DNA of 49,436 nucleotides, from the NCBI GenBank assembly GCA_024181965.1, contig BQXS01010965.1, positions 1 through 49,436 of the forward strand, in the 5' to 3' direction. Source of the stretch: Aduncisulcus paluster. Lineage: Eukaryota. The position numbers and the translations under genes are program-made. Below the pieces are notes generated by a model that did no database searches, was not told the DNA's origin, and saw only the letters and a program-made list of their open reading frames with translations. Of the stretch, positions 23,649 through 34,188 are shown piece by piece (the stretch's first letter is position 1; each line of letters opens with the position of its first letter).

Positions 23649-25052
23649 ATGGAAATGCATGGTTCTGGGCGTGCCAGCGATATTCATTCCATTCTCGGGA
23701 ATTTTGAATTGATTATCGAAGACTCAACGCATCAACGTAAAGATATTCCATTATCTAGTGAGCGAATTGATCCCGAAAACATTGGAGTTTTAGGTGATGA
23801 TGATGAAATCAGTCTAAATTCTCCTGATGATATTAAATCGATATCTACCACTCAAAAAGTGGAATCTTCGATAGCTTCTTCAATTTTTAACTTGTCAAAT
23901 TGTATTATTGGATCAGGAGTGCTTGCTTTACCATATGCTTTTAAGTTGAGTGGAATGGGATTGGGCTTGATATTTTTGGCCATAATTGCTGTAACAGCTA
24001 TGTATACATATGATGTATTAGTGCGTTCTAGTGAATATACTGGGGCAAAATCCTATCGGGGTGTTGCGACTGAGCTTTTTTCGAGGAAAATCGGATATTT
24101 CTGTGAGATTGTAGTTGCTTTGTTCACAATTTGTGGCCTTTCTTCATATCCGCTCATTATTGGGGATTATGCGACCTCTATTGTGAATGAATTTGTCAGT
24201 ACTCCCGGATGGTATTCATCCCGAGCTTTTCTCCTCATTACTATTGCAATTTTAGTCTTTTTACCGCTCTCTTTGGCCAAAACAATAGATTTCCTCAAGT
24301 TTTCCTCCCTATTTGCTATTATTTGTGTTGTTATGTGTGTATGTATTGTCATTATGTACCTTTTTCGCGCCATCGATGGTTCTGTTCCATTTGGTGAAGG
24401 TGAAATCGTCTGGGTTGAGCGAGGAATAGGAGTTGTTCGTGCCATCCCTCTCATGAGCATGTCATATACTTCCCACTTTCTCATTCTAAATATATATTCT
24501 GAATTGTCTGAACGGAGTGTTCCGCGAATGAGGAAAGTTCTCGTTAATTCAGCCATTATCGTGACTTCAATGTATCTTACGATGAGTGTCGCAGGATATA
24601 GCACATTCAGACAGTCCACAAACTCTAATGTATTGAATAGTTTTCCTGATTCTGATGTCTCAGCCATGATTGGAAAGGTAGGACTGCTGATCACACTCTG
24701 TTTCTCTTTTCCACTGCTACAATTCAGTCTCAGATATTCCATTGTGGAGATCTTTTGGGGAAGCGAGACAAGAATATCTTGGACAACAAAAAGAATAATA
24801 ACCCTCGGATTGGTATTTCTTGCAACTATAATTGGCATATTTGTTGCTGATCTTGGGGTATTATTCTCATTTGCAGGCAGTGTTTTCGGAACTACAATTG
24901 TCTTCACACTTCCTGGGTTATTTTTGATAAAAATGAGTCAAAACGACGCAAATGGAAGGAGAATTGGGATTTTCCTTGTGATATTCGGCATAACATTCGG
25001 AATAATAGGTTTATTTGTCACTATTTATGATGTGATTACTGGAAATACATAG
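23649..25052 (+). CDS. Amino-acid transporter, AAAP/SLC38 (Aa_trans) family
   Basis: SSIFNLSNCIIGSGVLALPYAF signature, about 11 hydrophobic segments, and GY.TF.....NVL motif. First ATG is at 23649. Confidence 0.92.
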   Translation: MEMHGSGRASDIHSILGNFELIIEDSTHQRKDIPLSSERIDPENIGVLGDDDEISLNSPDDIKSISTTQKVESSIASSIFNLSNCIIGSGVLALPYAFKLSGMGLGLIFLAIIAVTAMYTYDVLVRSSEYTGAKSYRGVATELFSRKIGYFCEIVVALFTICGLSSYPLIIGDYATSIVNEFVSTPGWYSSRAFLLITIAILVFLPLSLAKTIDFLKFSSLFAIICVVMCVCIVIMYLFRAIDGSVPFGEGEIVWVERGIGVVRAIPLMSMSYTSHFLILNIYSELSERSVPRMRKVLVNSAIIVTSMYLTMSVAGYSTFRQSTNSNVLNSFPDSDVSAMIGKVGLLITLCFSFPLLQFSLRYSIVEIFWGSETRISWTTKRIITLGLVFLATIIGIFVADLGVLFSFAGSVFGTTIVFTLPGLFLIKMSQNDANGRRIGIFLVIFGITFGIIGLFVTIYDVITGNT

Positions 25053-25186
25053 ATATTTACCTTATTATTGGTAAATATCTGAGGATTGTTGGAATCATAC
25101 TCGAATTTATTTATGATCTTAATTCCCTGTTTTTTACTTTTTTGTTCGCGGGAATGGAGATTCAGAGGACTCGATTACAAATATTC

Positions 25187-25208
25187 ATATATATATATAT
25201 ATATATAT
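25187..25208. repeat. (AT)11 microsatellite
   Basis: atatatatatatatatatatat in intergenic DNA. Confidence 0.85.
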
Positions 25209-25413
25209 CCATACAGAATTCGGGAATTAAATGAAGGAATTTATTGTGGATTTACTGGAGGGTTTTTTACAGGAATTTATTCGGAATAAATATAATTTGT
25301 GTGATTTAAAACCATAATTCTCTTTGAAAAACGAATTTATCTGGAGATCAGACAAATATTCAATTTTTTTTCAAAATTTCGGTCGTTGCTCCAGTCTAAA
25401 AATTAAAGTGCAG

Positions 25414-25491
25414 AGAAATGGATCTCTCGAAAGAAGTATGTTAATTTTGAATTGTTTGGCCATGGATTTGGTTACGAATAATGGATGTAGC
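25414..25491 (+). repeat. Copy A of 78-nt dispersed repeat (kinase start exon + intron 5' end)
   Basis: Aligns ungapped to 33907-33984 with 8 mismatches. Confidence 0.85.
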
Positions 25492-27935
25492 ACTTTGCTA
25501 CCGATTATTTAATATCTAACAAATTATTTATAATAATATTATAATTTTTCAATTCAGATAGTAATAGAAACTCCTAGGTTCATTCATGAAGGAAAATTTT
25601 GTGCCATTCCCATTGCTAGGGATGACACCAGAATTTTTATCCCTAACTACAGCCATATCAAGTCTTGGGATGAAACAAAGGATGAAGATTCTGGATATGA
25701 TCAGAGTTTTAATGCCAAGAAGATATTGAGAGGAGATAGTCCATTAACATGTACATATTTATTCGTGCCATTTTCTAGACCTTCCTTCATGGAAGGAATT
25801 TATATCTCAATTTGCCAATTTGTAATTCAACTCATTCCTTCTTTTCTTATTGTTACTGTTAAAAATAATGTTGGAGAAGAAACCACCAAAAAATTTGTAT
25901 TTTCCAAGCTAGAGTTTGATTCAAATTGGTTTTTCCTTCCAATTAATCTTCCTGATATTATTTCTTGTGAACTTCGTGGGAGAGGAAGAGAAAATGATAA
26001 TTTTGAAATGGAATCTCTCGCGTTCCTTCGAAGAGAAACATCTGAAGAATATATTAGACGAAAAGCACTAGAATCTACTCAATCTCGAGCGTGGAGTGAT
26101 GCTGTATGTTATAAATCCTCTTTATTTGTTTTAATCTCTCCTTTTTTATTGTTTTTTTTTGGTCTTATATCTATCTTCAGAAAGTATATAATTCTATTTT
26201 CCTTGAGAGAGGTGGACGAACGACATGTCCAATATCCCGTGATGATCCATGTATTGTGCAACCTTCATTCTTGGAATTAAAAGGGAAAGATGTTGCCCAT
26301 AGTAAGGATTCTGAGAATTATGATCGTTCCTCTCGCATGCAATCTATGATGAAAGGTTACAGTAGTATTTCGCTCTCTCATATGCATATTCCATTCACAA
26401 AACCCAGTCAGCTTACTGGAGCATTTATCTCTGTCTATCGAAATGGTAGTCCTCCTTTCTTCCTTTTCTCTTTCACTCATTCAGATGGAAAGAAGACACA
26501 TAAAAAGTTTAAATATGTGAGACCCGCAAGGGATGAATGGCATTTCTTTCCTATTGATTTGGAAGAGGTTGTTTTGTGTGAAATTGAAGGGAAAGGAAGG
26601 TGGGATAATACGAATAGTCTCACATATTGGATCAATTCTCTCGTTTTCATCCAAGGTGGGCTTCCCAAGAATATTGTAATAAGAGATCCAAAATACAAAT
26701 CAATGACTCTAACTTCTCCTGCCAATGTTACCTCTCGATGCATTATCGGAAGAGGTGGATTTGGGGAGGTTCTTCTTGTTGATGTTGAAGGGATTCCTTT
26801 CCCTTGTATTCTTAAAAAGATGCTTGAAGTTGGGGAGAAAAAACTTATTAAAAAGTGTCGAAATGAATTCATAACTCAAGTCAAATTGTTTAACAATCCC
26901 AGATGTTTCAATCGCATTCCTCGGCCCATGTATATTCTTGATCTTCTTGATATTCATTATCGAGGAGTGTATGGATTTGTTATGGAATATTGTATTGGAG
27001 GAAGTGTAAGGACCTTTTCGAACTCATGGTGTGCTGATGGAAAGTATTGTGAAATTGAAGAAGATGAAGATGAAATTATTGAAGAAGATGACATTAATCC
27101 CATGACACTGAACCCCGTGAAAGTTGCTGCCCTGTGTGTTGGAATGATTGAATGTCTCGATGATGTATTCACGGCTAAACCAAGTCTTGTTCATCGAGAC
27201 ATCAAACCTGACAACTTCCTTGTTCGTGTTGATTCCAAGATTGGAGACTGTACGGTTGTTCTTGGAGATTTGGGCTTTGTTAAGATTAAGGATACGATAT
27301 CTTCTTCAATTTCTGAGAGTTTCTCATTTGCTACACCCAAATCTGGCATTCGAAAATCAAAAGGACATATTAATGGGACCCTCGTATATAATCCATTCGA
27401 ATCGCTGATGTATTCTGAACAAAGTCAAAAGAGTGATGCTTATTCCCTTGGATTGTCTATGTTTACTCTTTTTAATGGTTCAGATCCCTTTGTAAAGTCT
27501 CCTCCGCTGAGAGATATTCAAGATACTGTGGTTTATGTTGAAACTTTGATCAAACTTCTAGAAAGAAGGACTGTTGTGCCAATCATTTCTCGTCTTTCTC
27601 TATTCCGTTCCTTATTAACTATTGATGGTGGAAAGTATATACCTGTTTATTCATGTTTGAATGCGGTATTTGAAGATCTTACTCGTTTTGATGTTGACGA
27701 ACGAATAGATGTTCATGAAGCTCGAGAAAGGGTACAAGATATCAAACATTTCCTTCCAAAATTAGGAGAGGGTTGGGAATGTCCAAGTATTGAAAAGATA
27801 ATTGAATTTAACCTTGAGAAAAATGATGGAAATTGTGGGAGTATTGATGTATTGGATGCCGATAGATCAGGAGGTTATACACATTTTGCCTCTCAATCCG
27901 ATTCTCAATCTTCCTTTCAGTCGGAACGAGAGTGA
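25418..27935 (+). CDS. Ser/Thr protein kinase with two N-terminal lineage-specific repeat domains (3 exons, 772 aa)
   Basis: Exons are 25418-25435 (MDLSKE), 25558-26103 and 26181-27935. Introns 25436-25557 and 26104-26180 are GTATGT...CAG and phase 0. Kinase motifs: IGRGGFGEV, ILKK, HRDIKPDN, DLG, GTLVY, SDAYSLG. Repeat unit: PI.RDD....P......K..D...YD.S......G......PF......G..I....W.F.PI.L.....CE..G.G....SL.F. Confidence 0.85.
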
Positions 27936-28821
27936 ACATTTACAAAAATTTATTGAAATATTCTTCATAATTTATATTTATTTTATTCATATTTCCAATT
28001 CAAAAATGAACAAATTAACACCAACACAATCCCTGATCCAGTCATTTCTGTGGTCTTTCTGAAAGAGTAAACAACCATCTTGCAAATTGTCAACTTCACA
28101 AACACCCATTCACAACAGTTTATTGATCAGAGACCTGAAACCAACAATATGGGAAGGAGATGAAAATACATCATCCCATTCTCGTGCTCGGAAGGCTTCG
28201 AAGTGTGAATCCCTCTTTTGCTTCTCTTTCTCCAACTCTCGACGAATCTCAAGCTTCTGTTTTGTTTTCTTCCCTTATGATGGAAATCAAAGACAAAGAA
28301 CCAATAACACAAAGAAATGTCGAAGATAATAAGAATATTTCCAAAAACTTGATTATTTCGATTATTTTAGACAAAAATACAAAAATACAATCTATTTTTA
28401 GAAATTCTATTTTTAGAACACACAAATTGTAATAGTCTTAAAATCGAATATTATCCTATAATATCACCATAAAAATGTATTATTAGGAAGATATACGGTG
28501 AATGATAACTCAAGAAATGTCCAACAAAACCAAGGGAGATATGAGGAGATATTCTCACCATTCTAAAGCATATGATGCTGAATAATAACATTTTTCTCGA
28601 TTTAAAATATGTTTATATTCCCAAATAAACCCGCTTATTGAATGGATAAGCAGTGAATTTCGAGCTTGTTTTCATGCTTTATCCTCGACCAAAAGCACAG
28701 TGAAAAAGATGAATTAGGAATCATAAGGGAGTATTTATTGAAAATACGAATTGACACAATAAGAGATTAAGTAATAACACTGACACTATTCGTAGATCGT
28801 GGAAGAATATACAATAACTCA

Positions 28822-29037
28822 TTAGAACCCGCCACCTTGAGGACCGCCATGACCACCTTGAGGACCACCGTGGCCATGCTGGGAACCACCTGAAGGTCCA
28901 CCATGAGAGGGACCACCATGAGAGGGACCACCATGAGAGGGACCGCCATGAGAGGGACCACCATGGGAAGAACCGCCGTGTTGGGGACCACCGCGGCCAT
29001 GTTGTTGAGGACCATGAGAACCGTGAGAAGGATGCAT
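28822..29037 (-). CDS. Gly/His/Pro-rich tandem-repeat micro-protein (71 aa, HGGPS/Q repeats)
   Basis: ATG at 29037, TAA at 28824-28822. GC-rich island in AT-rich DNA. The 15-bp units (ccatgagagggacca on +) vary at synonymous positions (GGT/GGC), supporting coding. Confidence 0.7.
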   Translation of the reverse strand: MHPSHGSHGPQQHGRGGPQHGGSSHGGPSHGGPSHGGPSHGGPSHGGPSGGSQHGHGGPQGGHGGPQGGGF

Positions 29038-29441
29038 TGTCTGAGTTGAAAGTTCATTGTAAACAACAAGGTTAAACAAATAACATGACAAGGATGAATA
29101 ATAAATTGTTTAAAGCAACATACTTTAGATTATATTGGAGCAAAAGAATGAATTTTCTGAGGTTGGAAAGATATTTCCATTTTTGGTCTCGACGGTTTTT
29201 ATTGAGTCATTGAGACTCACAAGGCATTAACACTGGGGAAAACGATAAAAAAAAGTTAAACAATGGATATCAAATTCGAATTTCATTTTTATTTTGTCAA
29301 TATTTCGATATTCGTTCAAGAAACAAAAACGACAAAACAGTTCAACTTTTTGACCGGTGAATCTCATCGCCCTTGCTAATATTTACAGATATTCGGATTA
29401 TCTGAGTTGTTTAATATTAATATTTATCGTTCCTTAATCAC

Positions 29442-32400
29442 ATGAAGTATGTTATCTTCGCTCTAGTCAAAACTTGATTATCCAGGGTCCAGTTCAGGGG
29501 GTTCCCTTTATATTATGTTAGCACAATTTATATTTTACCAAATTTCCCCCCTATAATCCAAATTTACATTTCTTTTCATCCGTTCCATCAATATATTGAC
29601 AATTTGATCTAATCAATATTTCCAATGTCAGAATAGCATCGTCCAGTTCATCTAATCCACTCACTTTGCATGAACTTGAGCAATTAAAAGAAGATATCGA
29701 AGCAACATCTTCACAGGCTGCAGTGACGGCACTGTTTAAACAATCTTTTGATGGCATCAAAGCTATCTTCGACAATCATTCGCTGCCCGCACCAAAGTCA
29801 GCAATCATCTCGAACAAAGCACTTTTTTCTCAATGTTTTAAATGTTTATCCACATTTATTACCCATTCTTCCCCCAAAATTTCAACTCGTTCATCAACAA
29901 AAGAAAACGTGTTTGAAAATAATGATAAATTTGTTATCACCCTTCATAAATCCTCCACAAAGAAATTATTTAAATCTTTTATTAGTGAGATGCTCCGAAT
30001 TGAAACCATTCTCTCAGAGTACAAGGGAGAAAGGGAAGATGATAGTATCATTTCAACCACAATTTCGTTATTTAAAATGGTGGTTATATTTGTTAAAAAT
30101 TTTAAACAATTGAGACCCCCCTCATTTCATATGTCCATCTATCCTCAAGTTTTGTCTCCCCTTCTCTCGAGAATATTGTGTATTGGTGAATCCATTACCT
30201 TTGAAGATGAGTTCGTGAAGGATATTCTTGGAACATGCATTCCAATTGCATATACAACAAAAGACTCCACAAAAAATTCACTATTATTACTTATCCGCCC
30301 TCATATCTCTCCATGGATGAAGAAATACCCCGCCAAGAAGTGTTTTACACATTGGATTACCATCTTGAAGTATTTAACTCTTGATAAAGATAATATCCAT
30401 CCCCATAAAGATCGTTCCTCACAACTATGGTTTATTTTTCATCCTATCTTGGATATTGTTAAGGATATTTCTTTCAAAGATTATCATTTCGATGACTCTG
30501 CTATTTTTCGATTTTTGTCCCTTTTTACTCATCTTTGGTGTGTCCCCACTCATATTCTTGACGTGTATGAAAATATCAAAGCGAGACTTGCCGAATGGTT
30601 CGAGTTGATTATAGAACAGTCCAATTTAAAGGAGAAGAAAGAGGGAATTAAATCCTGGTCCAAACTTATTTCAACACTGTCTTCTTCTCCATCCCTTTCA
30701 TCTTATTTGTCTCCAAAATATGATTCTACTATGGAGTGGTGCAGTCAAAATGGAGGGTTATCTGAAGATTATGATAGATTTCTGAGTAATTCTCATCCTT
30801 ATCCAAAGAAATGGATAAAGTTAATCAGATCCATCAAGATATGCCAAGATTATTCATCACTACTAGAAATGTACCACGAATTAAAAGATGAAATGCTTCA
30901 AGTTTTCATCTCATCCCTTTTGAATCAAAAGGTACAAGAAAATAAGATTGAGATTCGTCTGTGTTGCCAATGTCTCAGATGGTTTGTTAATGGATTTTAC
31001 CGCACATCGTGTTATAATACTGATATAAAAGATCTCATAGAATCTTTTATTTATCATCTATCAGAAATGAACAAAATATTAGAGGGATCTCTCGATGAGG
31101 AATATTGCGTGATATGCTCAGATTATTCTGCTAAATCTTTACAAATCAAAACAGATTTGGATTCTTTTTTCCCCAATATTGCCCCAACTTTTCGAAATAT
31201 TCTTGAGAGAGGGATAAGAATGGACTTGGCTGATTCCATTTCGATTCACCTTTTATTTACTCTCAAGGTTATTTCAGAATTATCTTCATCTTCAACTCAA
31301 TATTCTATTTTTATACTTATTCAGCCCTATATCATTGAATGGATGCGATCATACGTAAAACCAACATTTTATGGAGACTGGATGGNNNNNNNNNNNNNNN
31401 NNNNNAATATTAGAGGGATCTCTCGATGAGGAATATTGCGTGATATGCTCAGATTATTCTGCTAAATCTTTACAAATCAAAACAGATTTGGATTCTTTTT
31501 TCCCCAATATTGCCCCAACTTTTCGAAATATTCTTGAGAGAGGGATAAGAATGGACTTGGCTGATTCCATTTCGATTCACCTTTTATTTACTCTCAAGGT
31601 TATTTCAGAATTATCTTCATCTTCAACTCAATATTCTATTTTTATACTTATTCAGCCCTATATCATTGAATGGATGCGATCATACGTAAAACCAACATTT
31701 TATGGAGACTGGATGGTTATTCTTGCAAGAATTACGGGTTCACTCTTTGACCCTGACATCAAGAAAACAGAATGTTGTGAAATATGGCCAATTTTCAATT
31801 ATGTGATCGAAATTGTCAAGAAAAGATTTGTTGGAGATGAAATGGTTTCATATAATAATTATTATGTCTTGAGATTCTTCTCAAATTTGTGTTGTGATCC
31901 GCTCAATATTCTTTCAATATTTGATAATGTTCAAGGTTTATTGAATGGTTGGTTCAAAGTGTTCAAGCGAAGAAAATATGGAACCGGATTAAAATTCTGG
32001 TCCGAACTAATTTACATGTTCTCCACCGTTCCAAAATTAATTCCTCATTTATCACCTAAATTTGATATCAACATGGAATATATTGCTGAAAATAATCCTT
32101 TGATAAGTGATTATTTTTCAAAATATATCTCAAACATATTTGTATTTTTATCCTCTTCTTATTTTTCTGTCCTTACTCATTCCATTCCAATCATATCAAT
32201 TATTCCTTCTTTTGAAATATATAGACTACCTGACTCAACTGATCTTCTTACTACCCATGTTTGTTCTGGAGTAGAGTTGAAACAAATTTTGAAGGATGAA
32301 ACTCCGAAAATTTCTTATTATTGTGCCATTTTGGGAATAGAAATGAAGTGTAAATGTATTTTTCATGGGAAATTTTGTAAAATAGATATTAAAGAACTTG

Positions 32401-32618
32401 ATCCCGAGATTTCTCCGTCTTCCCTTCCAATTTCCCACTCTTCTGTTATCCAATACACTCCTCCTCAACATTTACTTGTAACAATGCAATTTTCTGAAGA
32501 AAGATCCTTTCGACAATATATGTATAATTTCATTGAACGGACGGGAGCAGGTGTTGAAGTGTTATTCGATGAAGAAATTCTTTCATATGAATGGTATAAT
32601 CAGGACGAACAGGAATAA
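29442..32618 (+). CDS. Hypothetical alpha-helical (ARM/HEAT-like) protein with a ~300-aa internal duplication (~886 aa)
   Basis: Micro-exon ATGAA at 29442-29446. Intron 29447-29631 is GTATGT...CTAAT...CAG, and its phase 2 matches. Exon 2 starts at 29632. Removing 331 nt of gap plus duplicate gives 2661 nt. Internal repeat: LIRPHI..WM..Y.....W..IL..LT...LSPKYD vs LIQPYI..WM..Y.....W..IL..IT...LSPKFD. Confidence 0.7.
31075..31716. repeat. 311-bp direct duplication flanking 20-N gap (assembly overlap)
   Basis: 31075-31385 is repeated at 31406-31716. Confidence 0.9.
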
Positions 32619-32681
32619 TAAAAAAAGATGAATGAAGTAGATTCTAACTCTACAAATCAATAAATATTTCACCTCGAACCT

Positions 32682-33518
32682 TTAGTGACATGCCCATACC
32701 ATTTGAACACAATCTCCATGCTCAGGACAGACCACAATTTGACAGGCGCCGAGATCACCGAACATATAGTCGAGACAATCATTGCTCTCCATATGATAGA
32801 CCAATTCGGAAGCAGCACCACAAACAGGGCATTCTCGAAAATCAACTCCTTGTATCCAATCAGCATATCCACAAATGCCATCACCAACATACTCAAATTT
32901 GGCCTCAAGACCTTCGAAGAGGTAGTCACTCCATTCATCTATCACATCATCAGAGGTAGTCTCAAAAAATTCAGTACTATTTGGATAACAGATACAAGGT
33001 GACCACTCAATGACTTTTCTGCACCTTATGCTTTCTACAGTGGTAGGATAAACGGATATAGCAGTTTCGGCTGGGGGAGTCACAAGACGACAAACATACT
33101 CTGGATCATCAGCCCCACCTTCACGTAATGATCCACGGCACTCATCTTCCAAGGAACATTTAAACAATTGAATAAGTGAGCCCGCAGAAAGGGAGGCAGG
33201 CCTGATATCTTCAGGAATATCACTAACACTTAGTTGAAAAAAGAAACAAAGGGGAATATTATCATGTGGACATACTGGATATGGGTGTTGTTCACTGATA
33301 TATGGCCTTTTACCACCATATTTAGAGCAGAGATGATCCGTGTCTTCTTCATCAGGGATATCTGGAGAAATCATTGCAGAATATTTGATTTTTTCAAATG
33401 GTTTTATGGCTTGGAATATTGATTGAAGTTCAGAGTCAGTAGGAGCTTCCTCACCTAAAATCTCTTCTAAGATGGGAAGAGTCAATCCATCAGGAAATTC
33501 AGGAACAATAGTTGGCAT
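32682..33518 (-). CDS. DUF1963 (YwqG-like) domain protein, bacterial type
   Basis: SKYGG.P......P.CP....L.FFFQL....IP...G.LIQLF.C, then G..DWIQG....CPVCG....LV...ES.D.L.YMFGD.G...I..CPEH......WAC, matching bacterial DUF1963 proteins as recalled. Confidence 0.75.
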   Translation of the reverse strand: MPTIVPEFPDGLTLPILEEILGEEAPTDSELQSIFQAIKPFEKIKYSAMISPDIPDEEDTDHLCSKYGGKRPYISEQHPYPVCPHDNIPLCFFFQLSVSDIPEDIRPASLSAGSLIQLFKCSLEDECRGSLREGGADDPEYVCRLVTPPAETAISVYPTTVESIRCRKVIEWSPCICYPNSTEFFETTSDDVIDEWSDYLFEGLEAKFEYVGDGICGYADWIQGVDFRECPVCGAASELVYHMESNDCLDYMFGDLGACQIVVCPEHGDCVQMVWACH

Positions 33519-33906
33519 ATATTGTAATAATTAATATTTTGAATGCAATGATAAAGAAGGTGGCTGCAAAAATGAACCATTAGAGCGAAATTGATTGTTG
33601 TTGACTTTTGCTGATTCATTCTGCATTTAAAATTAAGTTTCAATACATTTTCAAATGAAATATTTCATTTTTAATCCGATCTTACATTAAAATAGAACAT
33701 ATATGTGGCAAAGCTCCTAATTGCAAACAAAAGGCGATTTCCGTTCAATATGGGACTTAATCTACTCACTATGAGAGACATTTTAATTCATTGTTACTAC
33801 TAGGGTTTTCATGGATAATTTTTGTGTTGATATATGCACTGCTTCATTTCACAGCCAGAAATTCTGTCATTGCTCCACTTTATAAAGTTTTAAAATTTTT
33901 GCACAA

Positions 33907-33984
33907 AGAAATGGATCTTTCAAAGAAAGTATGTTAATTTTTAATTGTTTGGCCATGAATTTGGTTTAGAATAATGGATGTAGC
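33907..33984 (+). repeat. Copy B of 78-nt dispersed repeat: orphan ATG micro-exon (MDLSKK) + GTATGT donor upstream of viperin
   Basis: About 90% identical to 25414-25491. ATG at 33911, donor at 33929. Confidence 0.85.
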
Positions 33985-34188
33985 CAAATATTTCTACTTC
34001 ACCTTTCTTGCAAATAATTAACTATATTGTCCGGAAAATTTTTTCTTTTTTTATCAATTTGCCTATCTAGACTTTCTAATTCTTATTATATTAAGGTACG
34101 AGGATTAAGGTCCTCACTTAGCTGTGCCCCAAATTTCCAGGATAGATTTTTTTTTCTTCTCGTATTTTTTGCAACCCCCACTATTATT

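Noticed and set aside
24167-24907. 246-aa antisense ORF and the many other short shadow ORFs (e.g. 41293-41796, 48693-49175)
   Set aside because: Fully overlap well-supported genes on the other strand or frame, with no motifs.
28850-29000. 15-bp tandem repeats as a CRISPR array or satellite
   Set aside because: No spacers, no cas genes, eukaryotic context; the unit is a multiple of 3 with synonymous variation.
32682-33518. PDCD2/TSR4 assignment
   Set aside because: Shares an SK.GG...Q motif, but the WIQG...MFGD.G...WAC end fits DUF1963 better.
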